A DNA stretch of 33,174 nucleotides, from IMG/VR virus record IMGVR_UViG_2526164596_000016. One strand, written 5' to 3'. The stretch is from a virus (taxonomy: Duplodnaviria; Heunggongvirae; Uroviricota; Caudoviricetes). Each line of letters starts with the position of its first letter. The first letter of the stretch is position 1. The translations under genes were made by a program, and so were the position numbers. Shown piece by piece: positions 1 through 8,438 of the stretch. Below the pieces are notes generated by a model. That model was not told the DNA's origin, searched no databases, and saw only the letters and a program-made list of their open reading frames with translations.

Positions 1-981
1 TTATAACGTCACTCCGCCTTTTAGTGGATTCAGAGCGACGGCATTTTGCAGGTAGTCAGGCGCAAGGTGCGCATAGGCCATCGTCTGCTGAATGCTCGCA
101 TGTCCCAGAATCTGTTGCAGTGCGATTATATTGCCCCCATTCATCATGAAATGGCTTGCGAATGTATGCCGCAGGATGTGGGTTGCCTGATTGGGTGGTA
201 TATCAGGTTTCACTCTGCGTAAAATCCCGCAAAATTTCTCATAATCAACTTTGAATAATTTGGCGCTGGCCTCCTCTTTAACTTTTTTCTCCAGTTCCTC
301 AGAAATCGGCACGGTTCGCTTTTTACCGTTTTTGGTTTTCAGGAAGGTAACCCTGCAATTTGTAATCTGTGCTGGTTTTAGCGTGGCAACTTCCGTCCAT
401 CTTCCTCCAGTGCTCAGACATAAAAGCGCGACAAGTAAGTCATCACCAGCCAAAACATTTAACAGTTTTTCGATTTCTGCTTTTTCCAGGAACGTCATTT
501 CAGGGTTGGCCTCCGCCAGTGGCGGCAGTCCGTGAATTGGGTGTTGCCCGGAAAATTCATCCAATTGAATTAATTTTGTGAACATGCCGGATAATCGGTA
601 CATGTCACGGTTTATCGTTGCGGCACTGATACCATCACGTAGTCGCATGGAACGATAATCCATCAAAGCCCTTTTGCTCATCCGGCTCACTGGTATATCA
701 CCTATGCCGCTGATGGTTTTGAGTAGATGATTAAACTCTTTTGTTCCATGCTCGTGGTTTTGCCCGTGATATTTCCACCAGATGTCCAGCAACTCACTCA
801 AAGTTCGGCGGTCTGCTCGCTGGCCTCCCCATTCTTTCTGACTGGCATTGGCGATTGTGTATCGCTCAAATGCTAGTGCTTCAGCTTTTCTTTCGAATTT
901 CCTGCGGATGCGTTTTCCGTCGCGACCGCGAGGTCTAATGTCCACTTCATAGCGACCGTCATCGAGCTTCTTAATTGCCAT
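1..981 (-). CDS. int: Tyrosine site-specific integrase (P2 Int-like)
   Basis: ORF 1-1011 minus; likely start at MAIKKLDDGRYEVDIRP (ATG at 981). C-terminal HxLRHTFAS...Y region typical of tyrosine recombinases. Position at prophage left end next to C. Confidence 0.9.
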   Translation of the reverse strand: MAIKKLDDGRYEVDIRPRGRDGKRIRRKFERKAEALAFERYTIANASQKEWGGQRADRRTLSELLDIWWKYHGQNHEHGTKEFNHLLKTISGIGDIPVSRMSKRALMDYRSMRLRDGISAATINRDMYRLSGMFTKLIQLDEFSGQHPIHGLPPLAEANPEMTFLEKAEIEKLLNVLAGDDLLVALLCLSTGGRWTEVATLKPAQITNCRVTFLKTKNGKKRTVPISEELEKKVKEEASAKLFKVDYEKFCGILRRVKPDIPPNQATHILRHTFASHFMMNGGNIIALQQILGHASIQQTMAYAHLAPDYLQNAVALNPLKGGVTL

Positions 982-1050
982 AAGAAAGCCCTCCGGCGCT
1001 GTATTCACCATCTTGGTAGCAAATGGTGAAAATGTAATCTTTATATAGAG

Positions 1051-1344
1051 TTAGCCAATCCTTTTCGCGGAGTGGTTGGACTCTGTTGACTCTGGCCCAA
1101 TGTGCGCGAGAGCCGGTGCGATTTGTCCTGCGTCCGGCGCGGTTTTATCTGTCATAAGCCATAGAGCATATTTTTGGAATGTGGGATGCATAGTGATTTT
1201 TAGCAAAGCTGTGCCACCGGGTTCAAAGTTTCCTCCTTCATATTTTTTAAGTGTGCTTAGCGGTAACTCTATGATTTCACAGAATTTTGATTGGCTTAGC
1301 CCTTCAGCCTCACGCAAGGCCTTAATCTTTTCGCTTAATTTCAT
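1051..1344 (-). CDS. C: Immunity repressor, P2 C-like helix-turn-helix protein
   Basis: 97-aa ORF with ATG at 1344; sequence FQKYALWLMTDKTAPDAGQIAPALAHIG resembles P2 C as recalled; transcribed divergently from cox. Confidence 0.8.
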   Translation of the reverse strand: MKLSEKIKALREAEGLSQSKFCEIIELPLSTLKKYEGGNFEPGGTALLKITMHPTFQKYALWLMTDKTAPDAGQIAPALAHIGPESTESNHSAKRIG

Positions 1345-1374
1345 TTGACATGGTGCCTATATAGGGACTAAATT
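1345..1374 (+). promoter_or_regulatory. Candidate early promoter Pe: TTGACA (1345-1350), 18-bp spacer, TAAATT (1369-1374)
   Basis: Read directly: consensus -35 hexamer directly abutting the C start codon, weaker -10; faces cox. Not verified experimentally. Confidence 0.4.
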
Positions 1375-1403
1375 CCCTCAAAACTGGAACCTATATAGGT
1401 TCC
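1356..1403. promoter_or_regulatory. Putative operator: two copies of CCTATATAGG (1356-1365 and 1390-1399), the second inside a perfect 18-bp palindrome GGAACCTATATAGGTTCC (1386-1403)
   Basis: Repeats read directly in the C/cox intergenic region, 34 bp centre to centre, overlapping the candidate Pe spacer and start region. Confidence 0.5.
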
Positions 1404-1465
1404 ATTGATTTGAGAATAAACCAGCGTCTAAACGGTTTTGAGTGGTTTAGAAAGGGCTGGATCCT

Positions 1466-1753
1466 ATGAGGGTACCATATATGGACGCTGAAAATTATGT
1501 GATTCAGTATCCGCTTGATGCGGTTCATGTGGATAAATTTGCTGATTTATTAGGGAAGCCAAAGACAGCCGTCAGTGAAATGGTGAAGGCAAATAAATTA
1601 CCAATTATTGAATTGCGTGATCCTTGCAAACCGAAGGCTCGTGCCGGTGAAAAATGGGTTTTCATTCCTGAGTTTAATCGCGCTGTACGTGAGGCGTTTT
1701 ATAACCGACCGGTTGAACAGCGTGATGCATGGCTTTTGTGGATGGGGTTGTGA
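1466..1753 (+). CDS. cox: Cox/Apl-like excision and switch regulator
   Basis: 95-aa ORF first in the rightward early operon; KLPIIELRDP...GEKWVFIPEFN...DAWLLWMGL resembles P2 Cox as recalled. Confidence 0.65.
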   Translation: MRVPYMDAENYVIQYPLDAVHVDKFADLLGKPKTAVSEMVKANKLPIIELRDPCKPKARAGEKWVFIPEFNRAVREAFYNRPVEQRDAWLLWMGL

Positions 1754-1755
1754 TT

Positions 1756-1926
1756 ATGAATGAGCCGCGTTGTATTGCTCAGTTACTGCGTAACGAAAGC
1801 CCCAGGGCGATTGACTTCACCATCACCCACGGGAAGGGTCGCAAGGGAATCATTATCCGCACCAAAAAACAGAGTCCGTTAAAAAAGGCTCTGACCTTTC
1901 TGAAAAGCCGGAGGGTCTGGAAATGA
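1756..1926 (+). CDS. Hypothetical small early protein
   Basis: ATG at 1756 three nt after cox stop, same frame as ORF 1729-1926; no recognisable motif. Confidence 0.4.
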   Translation: MNEPRCIAQLLRNESPRAIDFTITHGKGRKGIIIRTKKQSPLKKALTFLKSRRVWK

Positions 1927-2288
1927 CAGTGATGACGCTTAATCTCGTTGAAAAACAGCCAGCAACTATGCGCCGGATAATTGGTAAGCATCTTGCCGTC
2001 CCTCGCTGGCAGGAGACATGCGATTATTATAATCAGATGATGGAACGCGAACGGCTAACGGTTTGCTTTCATGCGCAGTTAAAACAGCGTCACGCAACGA
2101 TGCGTTTTGAAGAAATGAACGACGTCGAACGTGAACGACTGGTATGTGCAATTGATGAACTGCGTGGGGCATTCTCAAAACGCCGTCAGGTTGGCGCAAG
2201 TGAGTATGCATATATTAGTTTTTTAACAGTCAGTCAGCGCCGTACTTTATTTATGCACGCACGACTGACAGAAAAAGAATTTAACTAG
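1923..2288 (+). CDS. Hypothetical early protein (121 aa), in the position of P2 B/early genes
   Basis: ORF in track, start overlaps the previous stop (operon-like coupling). Function not recognisable from sequence. Confidence 0.5.
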   Translation: MTVMTLNLVEKQPATMRRIIGKHLAVPRWQETCDYYNQMMERERLTVCFHAQLKQRHATMRFEEMNDVERERLVCAIDELRGAFSKRRQVGASEYAYISFLTVSQRRTLFMHARLTEKEFN

Positions 2289-2486
2289 CCATACTGGCGA
2301 ATTAATGAAGAATCATGTTACTGGCGTGATGCTTTATTCCGTGCATTACGTGAATTATTCAGCCTGTTTGAGTATGCACCGACAATTCTGACGTCGGTAA
2401 AACCAGAGCAATATCTGCATTAAATAATTAATCAGAGTTTTTAACGCACTTAATCGTGCGGGGCTTCTTTTTGCCTGGAGAAAGTC

Positions 2487-2711
2487 ATGCATACAGTTTC
2501 TGAAAATCAGTGCGGTAAATTCGCATTACTGCTGCAACAGGCCAGAACCGAAGCACAGGCCGACGCTGCGACGCGCTTTTCTTCTCATCTTGACGCCATG
2601 ATTCGCCACATAACAAAGGCGGAGTTATCCCGCGTGGAGATAGTCGAGCTGCTCAGTCAGGAGTCGGAAAAATTTCACAATATCGGATTGTCTCGCGGGG
2701 AGGTGCTTTGA
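2487..2711 (+). CDS. Hypothetical early protein (74 aa)
   Basis: ORF in track; GGAG-containing leader (CCTGGAGAAAGTCATG); start of a run of overlapping early ORFs. Confidence 0.5.
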   Translation: MHTVSENQCGKFALLLQQARTEAQADAATRFSSHLDAMIRHITKAELSRVEIVELLSQESEKFHNIGLSRGEVL

Positions 2712-3013
2712 TGTCCTGTTCTCATTCAGTTGTATTACTGAATAACGCCTTAAAAATCGCCGTTATGGAAAATGGCGATTTGTCTCTTATTCAACTTTGT
2801 CTTGATAAAGAAAAACGCGACATCACTGAATCTGTTATCGCGATTTATCAGAATGAATTAAACCTCCTGTCTGATGTGGTCAATTTACTTGTTAAACGCG
2901 CTGTATTCCACAAGCAAATTTCCTCCGTGGATGAACTGACAAAATTAACGACAGAACTTGCCAGTTATTGCGCTGATGTATCCAGGATACTTAACGATAA
3001 AAGGAGCTGGTAA
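2708..3013 (+). CDS. Hypothetical early protein (101 aa)
   Basis: ORF in track; 4-nt overlap with the upstream gene. Confidence 0.5.
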   Translation: MMSCSHSVVLLNNALKIAVMENGDLSLIQLCLDKEKRDITESVIAIYQNELNLLSDVVNLLVKRAVFHKQISSVDELTKLTTELASYCADVSRILNDKRSW

Positions 3014-3237
3014 TGCCGGACAACGTAGATTTTATTCAGGAACAACAGGCTGAATTACTGGAGCGCCAGATTAACGCGGCAAGGGTAAAACATTGCGGTG
3101 TTTCTTCGCTGGTTTGCGAAGAGTGTGACGCGCCAATACCTGCTGCCCGTCGTGCGGCTTATCCGTCAGCCACGCGTTGTGTTTCCTGTCAGTCAGTCTT
3201 TGAAGCAAAAAACAAACATTACCGGAGAACGGCATGA
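3013..3237 (+). CDS. TraR/DksA-family C4 zinc-finger protein
   Basis: 74-aa ORF with CxxC...CxxC (CEECDAPIP...RCVSCQ) characteristic of phage TraR/DksA-like zinc fingers. Confidence 0.65.
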   Translation: MPDNVDFIQEQQAELLERQINAARVKHCGVSSLVCEECDAPIPAARRAAYPSATRCVSCQSVFEAKNKHYRRTA

Positions 3238-3509
3238 GTATTCGTATTGAAATTGGCGAACGTTATGTCGTTACCAGTGACAGCTTTCAGTTTATTCTCC
3301 ACGAGAAAAAGAGAGCGGAAAGCGGTAAAAACGCCGGTCAGGAATGGCTGTCGGTGGTTGGTTATTACCCGAAATTAAGCCAGCTCGTTTCCGGCCTGAT
3401 GCATCACGATATTCTGACCGGAAGCGCAAAATCTTTTGCTGATTTAAACGCGCAGGTTGAGCAACTCAGCAAGCGTTGTTCAGAGGCTTTTGGCTCATAT
3501 GGCCGTTAA
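3234..3509 (+). CDS. Hypothetical early protein (91 aa)
   Basis: ORF in track, overlaps neighbours by a few nt; ends as gene A starts. Confidence 0.5.
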   Translation: MSIRIEIGERYVVTSDSFQFILHEKKRAESGKNAGQEWLSVVGYYPKLSQLVSGLMHHDILTGSAKSFADLNAQVEQLSKRCSEAFGSYGR

Positions 3510-5775
3510 AGCCTCCGGGCGTTTTGTCCCTCCGTCAGCATTTGCCGCAGGCACCGGTAAGACGTTTACCGGTGCTTATGCATGGAACGCGCCACGCGAG
3601 GCCGTCGGGCGCGAAAGACCCCTTACACGTGACGAGATGCGTCAGGTGCAAGGTGTTTTATCCACGATTAACCGCCTGCCTTACTTTTTGCGCTCGCTGT
3701 TTACTTCACGCTATGACTACATCCGGCGCAATAAAAGCCCGGTGCACGGGTTTTATTTTCTCACATCCACTTTTCAGCGTCGTTTATGGCCGCGCATTGA
3801 GCGTGTGAATCAGCGCCATGAAATGAACACCGACGCGTCGTTGCTGTTTCTGGCAGAGCGTGACCATTATGCGCGTCTGCCGGGGATGAATGACAAGGAG
3901 CTGAAAAAGTTTGCCGCCCGTATCTCATCGCAGCTTTTCATGATGTATGAGGAACTCTGCGATGCCTGGGTGGATGCGCATGGCGAAAAAGAATCGCTGT
4001 TTACGGATGAGGCGCAGGATCATCTGTATGGTCATGTTGCTGGCGCTGCACGTGCTTTCAATATTTCCCCGCTCTACTGGAAAAAATACCGTAAAGGACA
4101 GATAACCACGAGGCAGGCATATTCTGCCATTGCCCGTCTGTTTAACGATGAGTGGTGGACTCATCAGCTTAAAGGCCAGCGTATGCGCTGGCATGAGGCG
4201 TTACTGATTGCTGTCGGGGAGGTGAATAAAGACCGTTCTCCTTATGCCAGTAAACATGCCATTCGTGATGTACGTGCACGCCGCCAGGCAAATCTGGAAT
4301 TTCTTAAATCGTGTGACCTTGAAAACAGGGAAACCGGCGAGCGCATCGACCTTATCAGTAAGGTGATGGGCAGTATTTCTAATCCTGAAATTCGCCGGAT
4401 GGAGCTGATGAACACCATCGCCGGTATTGAGCGTTACGCCGCCGCAGAGGGTGATGTGGGGATGTTTATCACGCTGACCGCGCCGTCAAAGTATCATCCG
4501 ACACGTCAGGTCAGAAAAGGCGAAAGTAAAACCGTCCAGCTAAATCACGGCTGGAACGATGAGGCATTTAATCCAAAGGATGCGCAGCGTTATCTCTGCC
4601 GTATCTGGAGCCTGATGCGCACGGCATTCAAGGATAATGATTTACAGGTCTACGGGTTGCGAGTCGTCGAGCCACACCACGACGGAACGCCGCACTGGCA
4701 TATGATGCTTTTTTGTAATCCACGCCAGCGTAACCAGATTATCGAAATCATGCGTCGCTATGCGCTCAAAGAGGATGGCGACGAAAGAGGAGCCGCGCGA
4801 AACCGTTTTCAGGCGAAACACCTTAACCGGGGCGGTGCTGCGGGGTATATCGCGAAATACATCTCAAAAAATATCGACGGATATGCACTGGATGGTCAGC
4901 TCGATAATGATACCGGCAGACCGCTGAAAGACACTGCCGCGGCTGTTACCGCATGGGCGTCAACGTGGCGCATCCCGCAATTTAAAACGGTTGGTCTGCC
5001 GACAATGGGGGCTTACCGTGAACTACGCAAATTGCCTCGCGGCGTCAGCATTGCTCATGAGTTTGACGAGCGCGTCGAGGCTGCACGCGCCGCTGCAGAC
5101 AGTGGTGATTTTGCGTTGTATATCAGCGCGCAGGGCGGGGCAAATGTCCCGCGCGATTGTCAGACTGTCAGGGTCGCCCGTAGCCCGTCGGATGACGTTA
5201 ACGAGTACGAGGAAGAAGTCGAGAGAGTGGTCGGCATTTACGCGCCGCATCTCGGCGCGCGTCATATTCATATCACCAGAACGACGGACTGGCGCATTGT
5301 GCCGAAAGTTCCGGTCGTTGAGCCTTTGACTTTAAAAAGCGGCATCGCCGCGCCTCGGAGTCCTGTCAATAACTGTGGAAAGCTCACCGGTGGTGATACT
5401 TCGTTACCAGCTCCCACACCTTCTGAGCACGCCGCAGCAGTGCTTAATCTGGTTGATGACGGTGTCATCGAATGGAATGACCCGGAGGTCGTGAGGGCGC
5501 TCAGAGGTGCATTAAAACATGGCCTGAGAACACCAAATCGCCAGCAAAGAAACGGAAGCCCGTTAAAACCGCATGAAATGGCACCATCGGCCAGACTGAC
5601 CCGGTCGGAACGAATGCAAATTACCCGTATCCGCGTTGACCTTGCTCAGAACGGTATCAGGCCGCAGCGATGGGAGCTTGAGGCGCTGGCGCGTGGGGCA
5701 ACCGTAAATTATGACGGGAAAAAATTCACGTATCCGGTCGCTAATGAGTGGTCGGTTTTTTCAGTTAAACAATAA
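3499..5775 (+). CDS. A: Rolling-circle replication initiator/endonuclease, P2 gpA-like
   Basis: Start taken at MAVKASGRFVPP (ATG 3499). Contains HWHMMLF (HUH-type motif) and AAGYIAKYISK (active-site Tyr region); length and sequence match recalled P2 A. Confidence 0.9.
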   Translation: MAVKASGRFVPPSAFAAGTGKTFTGAYAWNAPREAVGRERPLTRDEMRQVQGVLSTINRLPYFLRSLFTSRYDYIRRNKSPVHGFYFLTSTFQRRLWPRIERVNQRHEMNTDASLLFLAERDHYARLPGMNDKELKKFAARISSQLFMMYEELCDAWVDAHGEKESLFTDEAQDHLYGHVAGAARAFNISPLYWKKYRKGQITTRQAYSAIARLFNDEWWTHQLKGQRMRWHEALLIAVGEVNKDRSPYASKHAIRDVRARRQANLEFLKSCDLENRETGERIDLISKVMGSISNPEIRRMELMNTIAGIERYAAAEGDVGMFITLTAPSKYHPTRQVRKGESKTVQLNHGWNDEAFNPKDAQRYLCRIWSLMRTAFKDNDLQVYGLRVVEPHHDGTPHWHMMLFCNPRQRNQIIEIMRRYALKEDGDERGAARNRFQAKHLNRGGAAGYIAKYISKNIDGYALDGQLDNDTGRPLKDTAAAVTAWASTWRIPQFKTVGLPTMGAYRELRKLPRGVSIAHEFDERVEAARAAADSGDFALYISAQGGANVPRDCQTVRVARSPSDDVNEYEEEVERVVGIYAPHLGARHIHITRTTDWRIVPKVPVVEPLTLKSGIAAPRSPVNNCGKLTGGDTSLPAPTPSEHAAAVLNLVDDGVIEWNDPEVVRALRGALKHGLRTPNRQQRNGSPLKPHEMAPSARLTRSERMQITRIRVDLAQNGIRPQRWELEALARGATVNYDGKKFTYPVANEWSVFSVKQ

Positions 5776-5827
5776 TGACTACTACTGCAGTGTTGTGGGA
5801 ATGTTATAGTGTTTGTGGGATTTTTCT

Positions 5828-5858
5828 ATGAAAAACAATGAATTAATCTGTTTTTCAT
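5828..5858. other. AT-rich hairpin: perfect 10-bp inverted repeat ATGAAAAACA / TGTTTTTCAT with 11-nt loop
   Basis: Read directly, between gene A stop and the methyltransferase promoter region; could act as a terminator or insulator at the cargo boundary. Confidence 0.3.
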
Positions 5859-5921
5859 ATTGAGCTAATTTTTTATGGCCACAGTTGTTAAAAAGTGAGA
5901 ACATAATCTTGTTCAAAACCT

Positions 5922-5951
5922 GCTTCTATATACGGAGGCTTTCGCTATAAT
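5922..5951 (+). promoter_or_regulatory. Candidate promoter for the methyltransferase: consensus -10 TATAAT at 5946-5951, poor -35
   Basis: Read directly; followed by strong SD AGGAGG (5966-5971) 5 nt before ATG 5977. Confidence 0.35.
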
Positions 5952-5976
5952 ACGCGGTCGGTTTTAGGAGGGGATA

Positions 5977-6921
5977 ATGCCAACAGTAGTTTCACTTTTT
6001 TCTGGATGCGGTGGTTCCGATGCGGGGGTTTTGAGAGCCGGCTTTGATGTGCTTATGGCCAACGATATCTTGCCGTATGCGCGCGATGTTTATATTGCCA
6101 ATCATCCAGAAACTGATTACATATTAGGCAATATTGCTGATGTAACTACTTTTCCTAAATCTGATTTGCTGGTAGGTTGTTATCCATGTCAGGGATTCAG
6201 CCAGGGTGGTGCGCGTAAAGCCGATCGAAAAATTAATACTCTTTATTTAGAGTTTGCTAGAGCTTTAAACAATATAAAGCCTAAAGCTTTTATAGTAGAA
6301 AACGTGTCTGGTATGGTTAGAAAAAATTTTGAGCATTTGTTATCTGACCAGATCAGGGTTTTTACTGAAGCAGGTTATACTGTTTCCGCAAAAGTTTTAA
6401 ATGCGGCTGAATATGGAGTAGCGCAGGAAAGAAAAAGAATATTTATCGTAGGAATCCGTAATGATTTCAAAGTTAAGTACGAGTTCCCTCAGCCAACTCA
6501 TGGGCCAGCAACTGGCGTCAACTATGTTACTATTAAAGATGCTATAGGGCATTTACCTGAATGGCCAGAAGGTGAATTTTATGATATGGGATTCCATTGG
6601 TATTATATGTCTCGCAATCGTCGCCAGGATTGGGATCAAATTTCAAAGACAATAGTTGCTAATGCAAGGCATATGCCGTTGCATCCTGTCAGTCCTCCGA
6701 TGGAGAAAGTAAGAACTGATGAATGGAGATTTGTTGAGGATCGGAGAGCTCGCAGATTCAGTTTTCGAGAGGCAGCACTATTACAAGGGTTTGAGGATCT
6801 AGTGTTTCCAGAAACAAATGCTGCAAGTCTTGGCATGAAATACACGGTGGTTGGTAATGCAGTGCCTCCGCCGCTTTTTGAAGCTGTAACGAAGGCATTG
6901 CCAATAGAATTATGGGATTGA
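5977..6921 (+). CDS. DNA (cytosine-5)-methyltransferase, Dcm-like
   Basis: 314-aa ORF with C5-MTase motifs in canonical order: FSGCGG (motif I, AdoMet), GCYPCQGFS (motif IV, catalytic Cys), ENV (VI), QERKRIFIVG (VIII), RRFSFREAALLQGF (IX), VGNAVPPPLF (X). Strong RBS. Confidence 0.85.
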   Translation: MPTVVSLFSGCGGSDAGVLRAGFDVLMANDILPYARDVYIANHPETDYILGNIADVTTFPKSDLLVGCYPCQGFSQGGARKADRKINTLYLEFARALNNIKPKAFIVENVSGMVRKNFEHLLSDQIRVFTEAGYTVSAKVLNAAEYGVAQERKRIFIVGIRNDFKVKYEFPQPTHGPATGVNYVTIKDAIGHLPEWPEGEFYDMGFHWYYMSRNRRQDWDQISKTIVANARHMPLHPVSPPMEKVRTDEWRFVEDRRARRFSFREAALLQGFEDLVFPETNAASLGMKYTVVGNAVPPPLFEAVTKALPIELWD

Positions 6922-6928
6922 TAAGCTA

Positions 6929-7924
6929 TTAAGGCTCTGGATTTAATGTATAAAGCTCTTCCTCAAATTCGCGAAACCAATCAGAGGTAGTTATCGCTTC
7001 CCATTGGTTTGCCTTATCAAGTAGATATATGATTCTCAACCTATCTAATAATAATACCCCAGCGGTTGCGTGTGTGCTTACCCATTCGCCATTTGCTTCC
7101 CGATAGAAAACAGGCGTGAACATTGTTGATGGATGCTGGAACGCAATTTGGAAATAGGTGGTCAGTTTTAACACGTTAGCCTCTAATGTTTTGCTTGGCC
7201 ACCCTGTTTCTTGTGCACCACATTGACCAAGAATTCCATAGTTGCTAGTTTGACCATCAGGAAATTCCACTGTAGCAATTAGGTCAAACCCGGCATCACC
7301 AGATGTGGGAGCTCTATTTATTTCCCTTGTGTTTAAACTACAAACTCCAAGATCTTTTCCTAAAGTTTGTAGAGCTGTCCGAAGATTTGTTCCATAATAA
7401 TTTTGCCTATCATCGGAGTTAGCATCAAAAATTCTTACGGTGCCATGTGCAGGTAAGAGAGAAATCATTGCTACTTTACATACTCTGGCAAAGCTCTTTG
7501 CCCAACGTTGTGCTGCTCCTTTAATCGACTTAAAGGATCTAAGTCTAGAGCAGCAAAGAAGAAAAACATATATTCGTTGTTGTTGGTTTAGATTTTCTTT
7601 AATAATTATCTCATCACCTGAAATTATAAATGGATATATTTTGCCAAGAGCACTTTCTCTATATTCGAGTTGTGTCCAAACATCTTCGAGTTGCTCTTCA
7701 AAACGATCATTTCTCTCAGCGTCTCCATTAATTTCTTCTTCAGAATTACATTCTTCATCAATTTCTTCAACGCTTGTTATGCCGAATTTTCTTACTGAAT
7801 CTAAATCATTTTTATGTAGTGAGTTACGTCCGGTATAATTAATTACCGTGAGTAACTCGGCTAAATCTGCAAACAAATGAGGAGAGTTGGGATGCATAAC
7901 TCCTACTTCAAAAGTCATCATCAC
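6929..7924 (-). CDS. Hypothetical protein (331 aa) with acidic N-terminal region; candidate effector or nuclease partner
   Basis: ORF in track; GTG/ATG start cluster (GAGGTGATGATGACT) overlaps the upstream frame stop, suggesting translational coupling; converges on the MTase with a 7-bp gap. No motif recognised. Confidence 0.6.
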   Translation of the reverse strand: MMMTFEVGVMHPNSPHLFADLAELLTVINYTGRNSLHKNDLDSVRKFGITSVEEIDEECNSEEEINGDAERNDRFEEQLEDVWTQLEYRESALGKIYPFIISGDEIIIKENLNQQQRIYVFLLCCSRLRSFKSIKGAAQRWAKSFARVCKVAMISLLPAHGTVRIFDANSDDRQNYYGTNLRTALQTLGKDLGVCSLNTREINRAPTSGDAGFDLIATVEFPDGQTSNYGILGQCGAQETGWPSKTLEANVLKLTTYFQIAFQHPSTMFTPVFYREANGEWVSTHATAGVLLLDRLRIIYLLDKANQWEAITTSDWFREFEEELYTLNPEP

Positions 7925-8438
7925 CTCTGCTATTTTTCTCTGCTATTTCAGAACCTATAAGCTTAATATGTTTATTGATTCTTCGTGCTACTTCATGGGC
8001 CTGTCTATCATACTCTACCGTGGCAACCATGCCTGCTGCATCTATCAAAGCTGCTTCAACTTGATAAAGTAACTGGAGAAAGTCCTTAGTAATATCAGAT
8101 GTCAATTGATAGGCAACTGCGAGTGGAGCCCCCATTCGGAATTGCTCCAATGCCTTAGGGCTACTTACAACAGCAGCTAGTTCTCTTAAATTACGTGATT
8201 CTCCTACACGAGTTTTTTTATCCTCGCCTTTTTTATATAACCATTCAGTTAGTTCTTTTATTTCTTTGTTCTTTAAACTCTTAGAATTGATGATAGGATG
8301 ACTTGGTATTGTGTCTCCATCGTCTTCGATTGAAACTCCGACAAACTGGCCTAACCGCTCATCAGCAAGTGCTGTTGATAATACTGAAAATTTAATCGTT
8401 TCTTCATCTAGCTTTTCAATACCATAAAAATCATTTTT
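7908..8438 (-). CDS. Open frame continuing the ParB-like gene after a -1 shift (C-terminal extension or frameshifted fragment)
   Basis: Hand translation: the frame is open from stop TAA (8439-8441) down to 7908 but has no ATG/GTG/TTG before 8150; an extra A in the A7 run (plus-strand T7 at 8434-8440) would fuse it to the ParB-like ORF. Confidence 0.35.
   Translation of the reverse strand, partial: KNDFYGIEKLDEETIKFSVLSTALADERLGQFVGVSIEDDGDTIPSHPIINSKSLKNKEIKELTEWLYKKGEDKKTRVGESRNLRELAAVVSSPKALEQFRMGAPLAVAYQLTSDITKDFLQLLYQVEAALIDAAGMVATVEYDRQAHEVARRINKHIKLIGSEIAEKNSRGDDDF

Noticed and set aside
251-938. Plus-strand ORFs (251-535, 369-581, 741-938) inside the integrase gene
   Set aside because: They lie antisense within a well-supported integrase, have no RBS or recognisable motifs, and are the usual spurious frames in a coding region.
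1076-1348. 90-aa plus-strand ORF overlapping the repressor C gene
   Set aside because: It is fully antisense to the C ORF, which has a clear HTH-repressor sequence and a start at the promoter; no independent support.
7908-8150. 80-aa ORF as an independent small gene
   Set aside because: Hand translation shows its frame is open for a further 96 codons upstream with no start codon and joins the ParB-like frame at the A7 run; it is better explained as a frameshifted continuation than a stand-alone gene with a TTG start.
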